Positions 40,201 to 54,100 of a stretch of 64,000 bases of DNA are shown in pieces. Below the pieces are notes generated by a model. It was not told the origin of the DNA. It was given only the letters and a program-made list of their open reading frames with translations, and did no database searches. Position numbers and translations under genes: made by a program. The stretch is taken from contig OZ316895.1 in NCBI GenBank assembly GCA_973895155.1, forward strand, positions 8,482,184 to 8,546,183, read 5' to 3'. The stretch comes from Marsupella aquatica. Lineage: Eukaryota; Plantae; Marchantiophyta. Each line of letters begins with the position of its first letter. Position 1 is the stretch's first letter.

Positions 40201-42639
40201 TCGCTGATCCGAGCACTCTCAGCTGCAGCAACGGAATCCGCTAGGCGCAAAATCTTAGCATTGGGCCGGAGGTCAGTTAAGGGAAGGTCGAACGAGTCAT
40301 TTGAGACCCCTTCGGATTTATCACATTCTGCAGAAATAACCCCCGTGGATGAACCACATTTGGAAATTTCGTCATTCAATGCTGATGAGATTGTGACGGA
40401 CGACACAAGCACAACAACCAGCGGACTAGGGTGGAATACACAACAGGAGCCGACATCAGTTGTTAAGAAGAGAAGGAGCCTGGGACCTCCATTGCGTTTG
40501 AAGATGACCGAGAAGGTGGGTTCTTCGAGTGTCAAGAAGAAGAGCAGTTCTCGCAACACCAACAACAACAACCTAGTCGGAGGAGCAGCAGCAAGAGCAC
40601 CTGCTGAAAAAAGCAGTGGGGTCCCAGCAACGCATCCGATTCTCGAGAAATTGCGGAGAAGTTGGGGTTCTGCTCTGCGAGTGAAACAGAGAAACGACGC
40701 AGAGGCCGCTCTCACCGACACCAGAAGCGATACCAGTCCCGAGAATTCCGCTGAGTTCAAGGCTGGTAGTAAAATCACTACACGTAAGAAATGGGACGAA
40801 TCGCCAGTGCACTCGGAAGTCATGAAACGGACTCTACAAGCTGGTTCTGCAACGGCCAACCAGCCTCATTCTGATACGGAGACCATGATACGAAACATCG
40901 TCACTCGTGAAAGACGAGCAGCCATTACCCTACGACAGCAACATTTACAAGCACCACAACTACAACTCGTCACTGATGCCGGGGTGTTAGTCTCGCCAAC
41001 CAAATTTAGCTCAAATGACTCAGAGAATCGCAAGGGAGAGAAGACCTACGATTCGACCTACACAAAGAGCAAGCCCAAGTCAGCGGCACCCAACGTTGCG
41101 AAGGTGGATCTCGCCAAGAGTCAAGCCAATCTCCAACGATCCAAGTCCGACTTGCCCTCAAAATTCAAGAAGCAATACGTCCATGCGGACACCGGCTTGA
41201 GCAAAAGTTTGTCCATGCAAAGAGGTAACAAGGAGAACGTGCAGTTGGAGCTGAAATCGCCGTCACCTCCGAGTGGTCTCGGTATCAAAAGGAAGCCTGC
41301 TGTCCCCATGAGGAAACAGCTGTGCCCAAGACACCTCGGGACTGCTGTAAATACGGCCCGAAGCGTTCCTCCTCAAGCGCCGGCCCGGACTTCTGGTACT
41401 GCTCATGCAAATGCCCGTCCCAACCCACCATCAACAACCCAAACCAATCCTGCGGCGAGGAATTTGTTCACCAGTAGAAGTGGTCTTCTTTGGGCCCCAA
41501 CGACGAAGACGCTATCACTTGACGCCGCCGATGCCTCCACTTTTTATAAGACGGAAGTACAAGTACGTTCAGCCGCTCCTCGCGCTTTTCTGTCAGTGAG
41601 TTGGTATTCCTGTTTTTGTGATGGCGTTTCAACTGTAGATTGGCTCGTTCTCCCTTGTGCTGTCTTCCATGGCCTTTGGCATTTTTCAATAATTTGATGC
41701 CGTTTGTGTAGATTCTATTTTCTCTGTTGTGCTCACTGTTGCCCTCGTCTCGTTCCTTTGTTCGTTTATAGGCTACAGTTTGCTTTCCCATCGGACCCGT
41801 TATTCTAGGGTATGACTGGTTTTGATTTGACCCTCGATCTCTACGGCTGTTACACTGTTTGGTACTTTATGTCAGTACTATCTCTCCACTCTGTCAGGAT
41901 CAAAGTATACTTTTGAAGCGATTTCTGCGAAGAGTTGCTGATTGTGTCGCAATGTCCTGGTTGTCGTATTGTCGCAGGATAGGAAAGCGCACAACTTAGC
42001 GGTACTTCGAGGGAACAGAACTTCCTCAGTCCCTAAGCTGACAAAACAAAAGTCCGAGAAGATTCATTCGACGACTGTCAACGAAGCATTCACCCAAGCT
42101 TCTGGCACAAAGGCGTGCAAGAATGACGTAAAGGTTGCAGATGAATTTGTTGTTGCTGCTGAGGTAATTTTCAGATCCCAAGGCAATGTGAGCTTGTATT
42201 AGTGCACAAAACCTTGCTCGATTACATCCTCACGAATGATTACTTGACTCGGTGCATTCGTCTGACATTCTTAAATGTAGTGGACCATCAACAGAGGCCA
42301 GGGTATATTCCTACAAGTTAATGCTGCCATTCTACTTGAAGCCAAAGTTTGATGTTTACTTCGTATCCTTTTCGGCGTTGAACTCTCTGTCTCAGGACCG
42401 AAAACCCAAGGCAGCACTAAAATACGAACCGAGGATCCACACCGTCAAAGCCATCAGAGAGGTTAGTAGTGGGTGCTCACACCTGTTGCAAACCTTCAGG
42501 GATTCTAACAAATTCAACAGGTTCATGGTGAGCTATGACTGATGACCTTATACGTGTGTTTATGGCAGTGGGAAAGCAAGTCTGGCAAACGATACTATGA
42601 CCTGTCGCCGCCTGAACGGCAGAAAGTCAACCAGAATAT

Positions 42640-42672
<33 letters not shown>

Positions 42673-42703
42673 GTTAAAGACAGGAGAGAGGAAGAAGAGT
42701 TAA
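37233..42703 (+). CDS. Large basic Ser/Lys-rich protein (about 900 aa) with an N-terminal TPX2-like DAP..W.DL..DD.WF motif and C-terminal YEPR.H.VK.IREWE motif; exons 37233-37292, 37638-37702, 37818-37847, 38456-38812, 39762-41562, 41978-42163, 42396-42461, 42569-42703 (start may lie further upstream)
   Basis: All seven GT-AG junctions are phase-compatible, giving PDHWSFL-DEVDAPRWADL..G-DDAWFHRSHL-HHE... and ...LKYEPRIHTVKAIRE-WESKSGKRYYDLSPPERQKVN..., ending in poly-Ala and TAA at 42701-42703. Confidence 0.8.
38048..38175. repeat. Near-perfect intronic tandem duplication, about 65 bp x2
   Basis: gaatgatctccctctagtggtcaatcttgtcacttaaaaagaagctcgg.gtaaactttttgt twice. Confidence 0.95.
42641..42672 (+). 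repeat. (GCT)n microsatellite encoding poly-Ala in the last exon
   Basis: tctgctgctgctgctgctgctgctgctgctgcg. Confidence 0.9.
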
Positions 42704-44264
42704 GCTTATCTAATTTAACTAAACTAACCTACACAACCCTCCCTTCAGATGGGAGGCAAGCGAAGCTGGATTGCTTGACATATTTGTATCATATCGAAGT
42801 CCAAATTATTTTTCTTGCCCGAGTAATAAACCAGCAGTTGTTCCCCATCACTCCACCCTTCACAAAACGGAATCCGTCTTCCAGCTGAGTGTCATTGTAA
42901 TAATGAGAATGTATGAGAATCATCCGTAGCGCCAAACCATGACTAGCACCAGGATTCTGGTGGCTTCTTTTAAGCTGCTCGAGAGTCATCTGCGATATAA
43001 ACGCAATTCCTCTTCCTATGATTCGCGCAGTTTTTTCGGAAGGCTTGACAAATGTAGACCCACAGCATAGAGAGAAGATAGGGTGTTGGGACCATCTTAT
43101 GTTCTTGTGAGACAGCAATGTGCTATGCTGGGTCTTCCTGTATTTATCGTCACTTCTAGAGAGAGACATCAACTGTCTCTGATGTACAGACCTGTGTACT
43201 TTCTTAGAGCTCCTGCTTTCCCTTCAAACAAAGTGAAGATAACTTGTTGCTTTGTTTTATGGAGCGTTTCAGAATTAGACCTAGCTGGCATCCATTGCCA
43301 AGGGACCTACATTCCCGGTAGATGTAGTAGTGGGCGCGCCCCTGAGAAGATGTTTGGAAGAAATCGATGGGAAGTAGTACACGCTGTCCTATATTGTGTC
43401 CCTCAGATTCAGTGGTGGGCGCCACGCTGAGGAGATATTTCGAAGGTGTGCGATGTGGAAGTGGTAGATACAGCCCAATATGCCTCCCTTGGCGTGAAAT
43501 TGTCGCCGATTTGGAGTTTTAACCATAGGAACAAGGAAAAGTTGAAACGAGGTGATGGAGTTTGTACATTTCAGATTTGCAGTGTCATTTTCTGTACCTC
43601 TCTGCCAAGTATGTTCTTCTGATTGCATGACACTTACACAAGAAATCAAGTCTCGGTCTACAAGGCACGTACAGGACTACTGAAATTGTAATTGTAACAC
43701 TTTTAGTATAAACAAGACTACGAAAGTGTATAATGAAGTACCAAATAGCAAAATACCGAGCCGCACAAGGAGGTAAAATGTTTGCAGTTTCCTCCTCCGT
43801 AAGATTTGGCCCAAAAGGAACTTCTGTAAGATTTTCAAGTGCAAGAGTAGATGGACACACAATTTTGAGATGATACTTGGATGGACAAGTGAGACTGTTG
43901 AACGTAAACAAAATCTTGGAGTTCATTAGTATAGCGTGATTTACACTTATGTTCCAAAGGTGACAAGTAATTGTGTATTTGACCGTAAAACGTCTCTTGG
44001 GACATTGTCCATGTGGCGATTCAACAGCCTTTGTTCCCACTCAAATCTAAGGAGTTTAGTGTTCCCTTCTTATCCATGGTTACCTTGTCTAGAACCTCTT
44101 ACATTTCTATATCATGACAGTGTAATGTTCCAGGAGTATTGTGACAATATGAAACTGGATGGACTACCATGACATAGTAATGTTCCTGGTATATTGTGGA
44201 ATTTCAAGATTAGTGTGCCCCTCTGAGAAGCAACCTCAAATGTCTGAGAAGCGAGTAATATCAT

Positions 44265-44775
44265 ACGTTAGTCCATCTAACCTTGTACTCCACAAAAGAC
44301 TACATTATTTGCTTGAATTAGTGTTACTCACACTAATTTGAAAGTGCCAAACGTTAGTCCATCTAACCTTCTACTCCACAAGTCTCCTGTACATTGTTTG
44401 CCTTGTTTGCCTGAATTAGTGTTACTCACACTAATTTGAAAGTGCCAATTTTCAGGGTCAACTCATGGATTAGTGTCGGTCACATTAACTTTGTTATAAC
44501 ACTAATCTCCCTCACATTAAATTATTGTTACTGGAACACTCCACAAGCCTGCACTATTCACCACAATTAATGTTATTCACACTAATTTGATAGTGTCAAC
44601 TTTCAGAGTCTACTCTTAAATTAGTGTCAGTCACAATTTCAAGGTCTCTTTGTAAACTAGTGTTACTCACAATAATTTTGTTATAACACTAGCCCTGCTC
44701 ACATGAAATTAGTATTATTGGAAAAATAGAGGGGAAAAAATATGTTGAAAAATCCACAAGAATTAGTGTTACTTT
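44265..44775 (+). repeat. AT-rich tandem and dispersed repeat (ttagtgttactcacactaatttg units)
   Basis: The motif recurs at least 4 times; related to 25810-26000. Confidence 0.75.
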
Positions 44776-44776
44776 C

Positions 44777-45497
44777 ATTCCTTACTAAGACATTGCTAGA
44801 GTAGTAAGCAGCTCAGATCTTGCTCAAGATTCTTGGAGGGCTAACCTCACATCTTTGAGGACCAATGAAACCCTGCCCTAAACTCTAGCAGCCTTGTTTC
44901 ACGGAATGAAGTCATCAAATCAGTTATTTTGATTCCCTTCTGGTAGGGTGTCTGTTTGTGTTTTCACTGATTGTTAATGGCTTGTTTCGCCTCCCTATCC
45001 CTGGGGCTCTCACGGTATTAAAATTTATAAAAAATCCATTCGAGGAAATCAGTTATTTTGAGGGCCGCAAAACAAAGGGTAGATCACGTGTGAGTTGGGT
45101 CTTAAGGAATTGAGGTCACCAAAAGCAGAGGTTGGCCATCCATTCCTCAATAGAAACGTTGCTGGAGTAGTAAATGTCTCAGATCTTGCCCAAGATTCTT
45201 GGAGAGTAAAGGGCTAACCTCACATCTTTGAGGACCAATGAAACCCTGCCCTAAACTCTAGCAGCCCAGTGATATCATCACATCAGTTATTTTGAGGGCC
45301 CCAAAACAAAGGGTAGATCACATGCAAGTCGGGTCTTAAGTTGAGGTCACCAAAAGCAGAGATTGGCCGTCCATTCCTTACTAGAAACGTTGCTGGAGTA
45401 GTAAACGGCTCAGATCTTGCCCGAGATTCTTGGAGAGTAAAGGGCTAACCTCACATCTTTGAGGACCAATGAAACCCTGCCCTAAACCCTAGCAGCC
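44777..45497. repeat. Tandem repeat of about 235 bp, about 2.5-3 copies
   Basis: ctcagatcttgc.c.agattcttggag..gggctaacctcacatctttgaggaccaatgaaaccctgccctaaac.ctagcagcc near 44811, 45178 and 45408. Confidence 0.92.
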
Positions 45498-45563
45498 CCC
45501 AATTGCCTTTCCTCCAGAAAGACGAGTAATCACTAAAGAAGTTTCGATAGACGACGATTTCGT

Positions 45564-45945
45564 CGAAGAACCGAAGAGAAAGTGATCCCAATCCATTTTC
45601 ATGTCGACATCGATTTCAATTGCAGTGCGCTGCGCCGCATGTCACCTCTGTTCATCACGGAATTCTTGAAAGGATCGAGAGATTGAACAGGCAGCGCAAT
45701 TTTTCGGCGACCAGGAGCTTTAGTAGAGCACTTTCCGTCCAAGGTTTTGGCGAAGAATCGAAGAGAAGGCGATGCCAATTCATTTTCATGTCGACATCGA
45801 TTTCAAGTGCGGTGCGGTGCGTTGTCATAGACGATGAGACGGACGGGCCATGTCGCCTCTGTTTACCGCGGAATTCTTAATGAGGTCGAAAGATTGAAGA
45901 GGCTGCGCAATTTTCCGGCGACTCGGACCGTTATTAGAGCACCTT
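45564..45945. repeat. Diverged tandem duplication, about 190 bp x2, upstream of the BTB gene
   Basis: cgaagaa.cgaagagaa.g.gat.ccaat.cattttcatgtcgacatcgatttcaa.tgc.gtgcg at about 45564 and 45750. Confidence 0.85.
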
Positions 45946-46973
45946 CTGTGCTGCAATCTTTCATCTACCGCACCCATTGAGAGCGAGAGCGAACGATTTG
46001 ATAGGCATTCGACACGGACGATCGAAAGGTGGGGCGTCGAGAACCGAGGACGAGTAACGCCTTTTGGCTACAAGTCGGGGGAGTTCGAAAATTGCAACAC
46101 AGACGCGGTGAAAGGGAATTTGGAGGTCTGATTGATTTAGGTCGGCCTTGATTCTGGTCTCGTCTGGGACGGGAGGGACGGCGTTATGATGATTGAGAAC
46201 GTCAAGCTTTGATTCTGGTTGAGAACCGCCTGCATGATTTCATTGACGATTGGATTCATTCGCTCACATTTCCGCGCATCGTGCTTTGAGTGCTTCTAGA
46301 GTAGGTCCAGGCGCGAATCAGGAATACCATTGTCGCGGATTAAGGCATTCTATGACCTGAAGAGATTCCTATTCCTCATTGGACATTGTATGTATGGTAA
46401 TTCGAAACTATCCTCCACAAGACAAGGATAGCCCGCTGAGGGTTAGCCCAAGCCTCTCCTAGGGTTTTGCTATTGGTTGGTTTCAGGTTTCTTTCGAACC
46501 CTCAGGTCTCGACAAATCTTATGTTACTTGGATTTCACTGGCGGGATCCTGGTCTGTTCAGGGTCATTTTTGAACCGGTAATGTTCCATACTAGTCAACT
46601 TACTGCCCATTGAATTCTTTCGTCAATGACAGCTCTTCAATTGAGGCTTTCTATGCTGCTACCCACAACAAAGGATTAGGGCGAAGGAATTGCCATGTGA
46701 TGATCTCCCCCATCTCGTGAACTTCGTTCTTCAAATTCGAGAGCTCTGCATCGAAAGTGAGGATATTACGACCGTTGGGTTGCAAATCCAGGGAAGGATG
46801 TCGCCCTTCGTAATTTGCTTATGAGTTGGAGCAGAGGAAGATCCAGTGATTCAGTGATTGGACTTGAATCCAACAGGGATTCGACCCGGGTCTTAGTGAA
46901 GTTCTGTAATTCCGCTGCCGAGTGGAGTAATCTGTCTAACTCGTGAAAGTTCAGGTCGAACGAGGACTGGAAG

Positions 46974-48958
46974 ATGGAAACAGATGCATCTTCCAGAAAC
47001 GTAGACGATGGTAGTAGCTGGCAAAGGACTGGCCAGCTTCATAGAAAGCGACAACGAGGAGAAGGTGGTGGCAATAAATTCGCAGGTGCCGCAACAAACC
47101 AAGACGAATTGGAGGTTATGAACGTGGCTAACACTGGACTGGGAAGATTCAAATTTGATGATGTGACTACAGCTGATGTTCTCCTTAGCTTTACAAGGTC
47201 TGCAAGTCCTACAGAAGCATGTAGGCTGGAAGACCATGTCGCGGAACCAGAGAGGACTCTTCACTTGCATTCTAGAGTTTTGGTTCAGTGCGGCTACTTC
47301 AAAGCTCTTTTTTCGGAGCGCTGGCAGGATTCGAAACAGCAGTTGGCCAAAGAGGAAACTCACGGGAAGGCTCGAGAAAACAACAGAGATCAGCCGCTGA
47401 AGCAGATACACATGAGCATTCCAGAAAACCGAGAGGTGTCATTCTATCTCACGACACTCTGCCTTCTGTATTCCGGAGACTTTTCAGGTGTAATTGTGGC
47501 CATCCAGTCTGCTTTGGCCATTCTGCAAATAGCAACTGAGCTGCTTTTCGACGAATGTATTGCAGCTTGCATCGCCTTCTTAGAAGCTGTACCGTGGACT
47601 AAAGACGAGGAGAAGCTGATCGTGCAAGTCGTCTCCGACCTCCAACTGGAAGAGGCCTCGAGTCTTCTGGCCCGGCTCAGACCTGTAGAGGACAATGCTG
47701 TTGAAGAAATGTTGGATGGATTGGTCCATGCAGCAATGCACAGCCCGCGGAACATCTCGGTCCCGGTGAAGACATTTGTGACACGGATAATCAGCGATTA
47801 TGGGTCCCGTGATACTGTGAGAGTCGTTCTCGAAAGGGCCTTCGCTAGCACCCTCAAGACTGTGAAGGATTCCGTGGAAGAGTACTCCAACCCAAATGTG
47901 CGTGGTCGTTATGACGAAATTGAAGCCTTGCAGCGGCAGAATTTGCATACTGCTGTGGTGAATGGAAGGTCGTTGCTTTGGCTGGTGGATAGAATGATCG
48001 AGATGAGAGTTGCTAAGACTGCAGTCACAGAATGGAGTGAGCAGGGCACATTTACCGCTAACTTGAAACGTGCATTTAGTGATGATACATGGAGAAACAT
48101 TGCCCCTGGTCTGCCTGCGCTTGTTCTTCGTTGCACTTGTCGGCTAGCAGGCGCAGTTGCTACTGGGTCGATTGTTGCCTCGAGCCAGGTATCCAATTCC
48201 CTTGTCTTCCTCCGCAATGTTAGCCCGGTGATTTCAAATGCCCAGTGCTGCATTTAAACAACAAAATGTGTTCTCATTTTGTAATCTTGAAACGACTCAT
48301 TTCCGTGGCATCTCTAATGTTCGCTTGTGACGAATGTGTACTTCATTTTGGATACTTTCAGATTGAAGGCTTAAGGTTGTGGTCATCTGGGTTTTTTGTG
48401 TCTTTGTAAAAGCTTGCTATGTTTGCACACTGATCAACTGCATTTTTTACCTTAAATCTTCTTGTTTTTCGTTTCCCCATACACGTCTGATTCATGTAAA
48501 CTAAAAGATCGGTTATCAGATGGTTGGGTTAGAGGAGTAATGTTTGTATCGGATAAGCTATGCGTATGTTATCGTCCGCACTTTTATGTGTTACCGTGCA
48601 TGGTTAATAATTCGTTCTGAGTTAATGCATTGAATTTGGTGTCGCTGCATTTTTGCAGGTAAGGCTGAAATTGGTGAATGACTGGTTACCAGTTCTCATA
48701 GTGTCACGAGAGAATGCAGTCTCAGCAACACAGAACAAGCCAGTGCATCAAGAACTGGAAGATGTGTTTTTGCGCATCATCTTGACGCTTCCAATGGCTG
48801 ATGCTCAAAAGCTTCTCCAACAGTGCCTGAGTTTTGCGACTCGCACAGTGGAGGATTGCCCACATCTAGTCTCGGCTTTCAATACTTGGTTCAGAAGAGC
48901 AAGTCAAAAATCTCCTTTATTACTGTCGGAGGATGACGAATCTGACGAGGTTTTGTAA
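46974..48958 (+). CDS. BTB/POZ domain protein (At3g05675-like family); exons 46974-48188 and 48659-48958
   Basis: F.D..TADV.L, LHLHSRVL..C.YF.ALFSERW, L.IA.ELLF..C...C..FLEAVPW..DEE, VRLKLV.DWLPVL and LE..FL.IILTLP..DAQ. Phase-0 intron cag|gtatcc...ttgcag|gta. Confidence 0.92.
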
Positions 48959-51198
48959 TCTGTCCATAATTATATCCCACTGCTTGTAAACATACAAAGG
49001 AAAACGGAAATAGATCAAGGTGTTATAGGACGAGTAGTGTCCGAGCGATAGACGGTCAGGTAAACTAGAACAGAGCGAGCTTAATTGCTGTCCATACTTA
49101 TCAGAATACGTCATTGTAATTTGTAGTGTACGAACCCAACTGTGTAGAGAAGTCCACTATTCAGTGCATGTAGTTTCTATATTGTGAATATTCTTCAACG
49201 GATGGAATCCACTTTACCTAACAAACTTTACCATGTAGGAGGAGGATTTGCTCACCTTTGAATTTGGTACAAGTGCTTTTTAATGTATAAACCACTGACC
49301 GCTAAAGGTTTTGTGGGTTATTTTACTACTTCACTCGGAAGGAAACTGCAACACATCCAAGCTGGGAAAGCTGAACCATCATCCGGGTTCTAATCCATAG
49401 AGACGACATCCAGACTCATAGGCAACTACAGTGAGAGTCGTGCTGGAATAGTAGGCTTGACTAAGAGATACCAGGTAAAATGCCAGTTTGTGACTCCAAC
49501 GCTGCACTACCGATCCTCGAAATCGATCTGCTGAACGTCGCGGAGTCTGATAAAGGTCATGAAGCTTTTGTTTTAACATGGGATTTTGTACCACTTTTTG
49601 TCCCTGTGGGAGTTTCGCGTGATTGCACCAGATTCACATTTTGTGTTTAGGTAAGCTCTATTTATAGTTTGGATGAGTCGATACTCTGCATCCGCTCATT
49701 TCAACTTGGAATCGTTCAGATGACTTCATTCAGTCTGATCCACAAGGAATTTCCAGACGGGCTTTCTTATCTGGAGCCACAGCTTCATGTCAATTAATGA
49801 TACCCTTACAAAGATGGCTCGACTTCGCCTCCGGTAAGTACAGAATCCTCTTGAAGCGACGCACGGGGTTATATTTGCGATGGTTTGGTCGTTTAAACAA
49901 GATCTGGTGTCTTCCCGGTCGTAAAATAAAAAATGATTCCGGCTTGAATTCCCTGCCTGTAGTTGAAGGATCAGTACTTTTTAAAATCCCATTCAACGTT
50001 CCCGTCGATTCATCTATATAGCGCATCACAGCCTTCTTCCAAATTTTGGCACCTGCACACGGTCAAGAATGGCTGCTGTTCGTTTTGAGAGTCATGGGAA
50101 AGGGCGGTGGTCTCTACAGAAGACCAATTGCAATGTCCACAGGTTGTAAGGGGAGATGATCGGAAAACCGGATGAAGCCGAAGATAAAACTAATTTGTCT
50201 ACACCAGACAAAATGACATGAGGTTGAACGCAGTTCGGACAAGACGTCGTGCACGGTTTCCTTTTTCACTGATGCTCATTCCATCTACTTTTAGGTTAAC
50301 AATGACACCTGCAAATAACTTGCCTCATAAACGAAAACGACAGAGCATCCCTGAGAAACTAAAGATAACACACCATTAAGGTTAGATGAGACATCAATTA
50401 TAAAGCAATACGCATGAGCCACTTCGGGGAATCGAAAAAGGCACTCTATTCTTGACGTCATCCTACTCGAGTTCGACCAAAAACAAATGCTCCCGAGGAA
50501 CAACCCCACACCCTGGTTCCCTGATATGTCGCCCAACACTACTAATTCTAAAAAACAATTGTCCAACATTTCACCAATAGAATTTTATCCAGAAGTAAGG
50601 CACTCACAACCCAATGACCTTGGTCTCGGTAATTATCAGGAAGTAACTATCCACTGTATGTTCTGTGGTCCCATCAGTCTAGATGGGATCAGGAGCTTGA
50701 AATCCCTTGCAGGTCTCAGCAAACTCAAACATGAGAGCACCACGTCAGCAGTCAATATACAAATTGTTAATGTAGAATGGATCCTGAGAGTATACGTTTG
50801 GACCGAAATTGGGAAAAGTTTACATGTTAAATATCCAGTGAACAGCTGCCGCATGTATAAATAACTCCGAACCAACCTGCCAGCTGCTGATGTTTGTTAA
50901 GCGTCACAGTGGCCTATCACAAGCACAGCCCATCAAATTTTTGTACTTTGGCTGCAAGTTTGCAGATTGTACGTCTTTGAATCTCTCCTCTAGCAAAAAT
51001 TCAACTTCGATCATGTCGCTCCCGAGTGGAACACACTGGACATCCATGTAAGACTCATTACCTTGCTGGCATTGACAATGCCATCAGAACTCTACAAATC
51101 GCAAAGGAATGTACACTCTCAGAGACGCAACTAGCTTAAACCGTTTGCCGCTTGTGTCTCTGGCTCGATTTCTATACTAGGGATAGAAAGCCCAAGCT

Positions 51199-54100
51199 CT
51201 ATCCAATTGAATGCTCATGAAGAAGAACATATTCCCGGCTGCACAAACATCCATCAGAACAAAACAAGCATAAATTTAAGACCAGTTACTCACAAACTGA
51301 TGTTATCAAGAAGCCTGCCAGCAAAAGCTTCTACTTCTGGCAATATTACGTAGATATCCAAAAAAGCTTTACACAGGTTGGTAGTTGGCATACAGGCTGC
51401 AGAAGAATTTACGATTGCTTCCAAATACAAGTAAATGCGACGAGAAAAATGTAGTAACAAATCTAAAGACCGACAGTCAGAATAGGAGGTATTGTATTCT
51501 TGTTGTCCTGTCGAGTACCTGCTATTTCCAAATTTGATGGTGTCCTTTTCGAACATTTCATAATATCGTTGAGGGTCCAGACGTTCACCCTGCAGTCACG
51601 TAAAGCCATTGTGCTTCAAGCTCGAACTCAAGATATTAAGTGGACTTCTTGAAATGCAACCCAATTTTCTGCCGGTTCCAAATCCATGAGTCCTAGCAAC
51701 AACTTTTGATGATCTACACCATTGCCAAGTCACAAGAACGATTACGTTCACGCCGCTAAACGATCGCGCTCAATGAATCTCCTCAAGGGCTATGAGTTTG
51801 ATACTCCATATAGGGCACTATAAAGAAATAGTTAACTCATGAAGACAAAGGAGCAAATGGTTGACGCACTGGAGCGAGAAATAAAACTGACTCATGAAAA
51901 CTTCCCGAACACTACTCACATTCAACATTGTTCCATTTGTGCTTCCCAGATCCATCAGGTAGGGCCTGTCAGCAGGGTTAAAACAAAACAACGAGGACGT
52001 AAGAAAACGTCATGACTGACATACATCTCTACATTTGAAGCAGATAATAAGATCTCTGCCCCAAGACTCCCTCTGGTATGTACTGAGATCCGAGGAAGGA
52101 ATCAACTCATTGCCCCGAGTGTCAACACGGACCAAACAGTGCAGCAAACTTACTGTAGGTATAAGATATAAACAGAAAGCGTTACATTAGACTGTACACC
52201 CAATACCCTAGAGACTAACGGGTTTGATTTGTTACCTCACTTTACTGGACATCATACCGTCAGCATCCTCTTTTTCTGTTAACCTGCATAAGATATAATT
52301 CTTGCTTTAATCACTTATTACCGTAATATGGAGTTCTTCATGTTTCTACAACACTTCTGAGACAATGGCCACTGTCCAATAATATGTCCTCAAAATCCAT
52401 CCTTCCTGACATCAAGCTGACACATCTTTCCCAAGGATTCCAACATCTCAAAGAGCCTGTGGACAAGGCAATGGAAAGTCAATTATATGCCCCAAAAACA
52501 TATTCCTTAGTTTCGGTTTGTAGTTTCTTGAGAGAAGGTCATCCATCCCAACAAGACTCAGAAAGTGCGGTATCAATGCGGACAGAGTTTTTTCAAATAG
52601 AAAGACTTGCTAGACAATTCACCTGTATTGTATTACTGCATGTTGCTTGCTGCATGAAGGATGATCTGTGGGTATGTCTGCCACCCTCCTCTCACGCCCA
52701 AACAAATAACAGGTTTGGCGATGTATGTAAAGAGGGTCTGCAAGAAGGCAGGAGGTTACGTCATTACGACAGATAAGGGTGATCTGTGGGCCTTCTGAAG
52801 AAATAAAAACTGCAACACTGCTCCGGAGGAATCATTTGGAGTGGGCTCAGATGCCTTAGAGACAGAGGTCATGTGCAAAGAACAATATACCAGGTCATGA
52901 GAAAAAAGAACATGAACGGACCATTGAGTGGCTCCGAATCCTTAAACACATACAGTCGCCACCTGGTGGTTGGCTTGCGAGCCTCAGGAGGTTCAGTGAA
53001 TTGCAATGTCACTCCTGTAAACAGACGAGAAGGTGCGAGAGGATAAAGTGTTATGGCATACATTTTTAAGAAAACTGAAACGCGCCCGAGTTATGGACAT
53101 CCACAACAATCGAATCAGCAAAATTCACCTTCCAGGTATTCACAACAGTCAGATAAGGTCAAGGACTTGAGATAAAAATAAATGTCTTTACCTTTCACTT
53201 TGTTGGTTTCTGCAGCAAGCTTCCCAGAGTACTCAAAGGATGGCTGCTCCTGCAAGAACAAAACAGCTTTGGTAAATTTCTTGAGGCACGAGGCAACCTC
53301 AAGTGCGATCAAAACTTCGCAAGATTCTTAAAGACCTTCCACTGTGCCACAATTGTAGCCTTCAAAACAAGTGACGGGCGGGCCTAATCGACCCTTGTCC
53401 TCATTGGGGTGCTGAATCTGACCTTGTTCGTTTCCTTTTTCTCCAATGCAGCTTCAACCTCTTTCATCCTGGCAACGGAAACATCTTCTTTGGGACTACC
53501 CTCGCCCCTGAAAAGAACGTGGCACAAATCAAATTTCATCCACAGTATTGAGTTAATAAGAACACTTTGGAAACGGGGAAACCTGAACTCGGACAGAAAA
53601 TGTGTACCTGATTCTCTCGAGTGCAGCATCATCCCCATCCTGCACGCAGGCAAGTGAAACTATGAGGAACAAGCATCTATAGAATCCTGCGACTCATAAA
53701 CCATAGCCGGTCCACTCCTACCGTAACAAATACTGCCGTAATTAACAGCAGATCACAGTAATAAATTTATGCCTGGGAAAGTATGGGAGTGAGTTGTTGA
53801 GGAAAGAATTTGCGCAGGGGAATGAAGGGGAGTTTCCATGAGTTCATGCTAAAAGAAATATGCATGGGAAAGAATGCGGATTAAAATGATTTTAACCTAA
53901 AGAACTTTAACCATGAGAAAAAGTGGAAATTCCATTGAGTTCATGATAAAGAATCACTTCATGTAACAGAATGGAAGTAAGCATGAGTTTCTGATAGAAA
54001 TTCGTGTACGGGAGGGACTGGGAAAGCATACACTGGAACCAAACTGACAGACCCGAAATACTTTCGGAATGTGAAAGCAACAGAGCTGAGTAAAGCATTG

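Noticed and set aside
40065-40859. 264-aa antisense ORF and similar antisense ORFs (7859-8368, 23039-23593, 36130-36933, 46893-47411)
   Set aside because: Shadows of sense-strand coding or low-complexity sequence, with no independent motifs.
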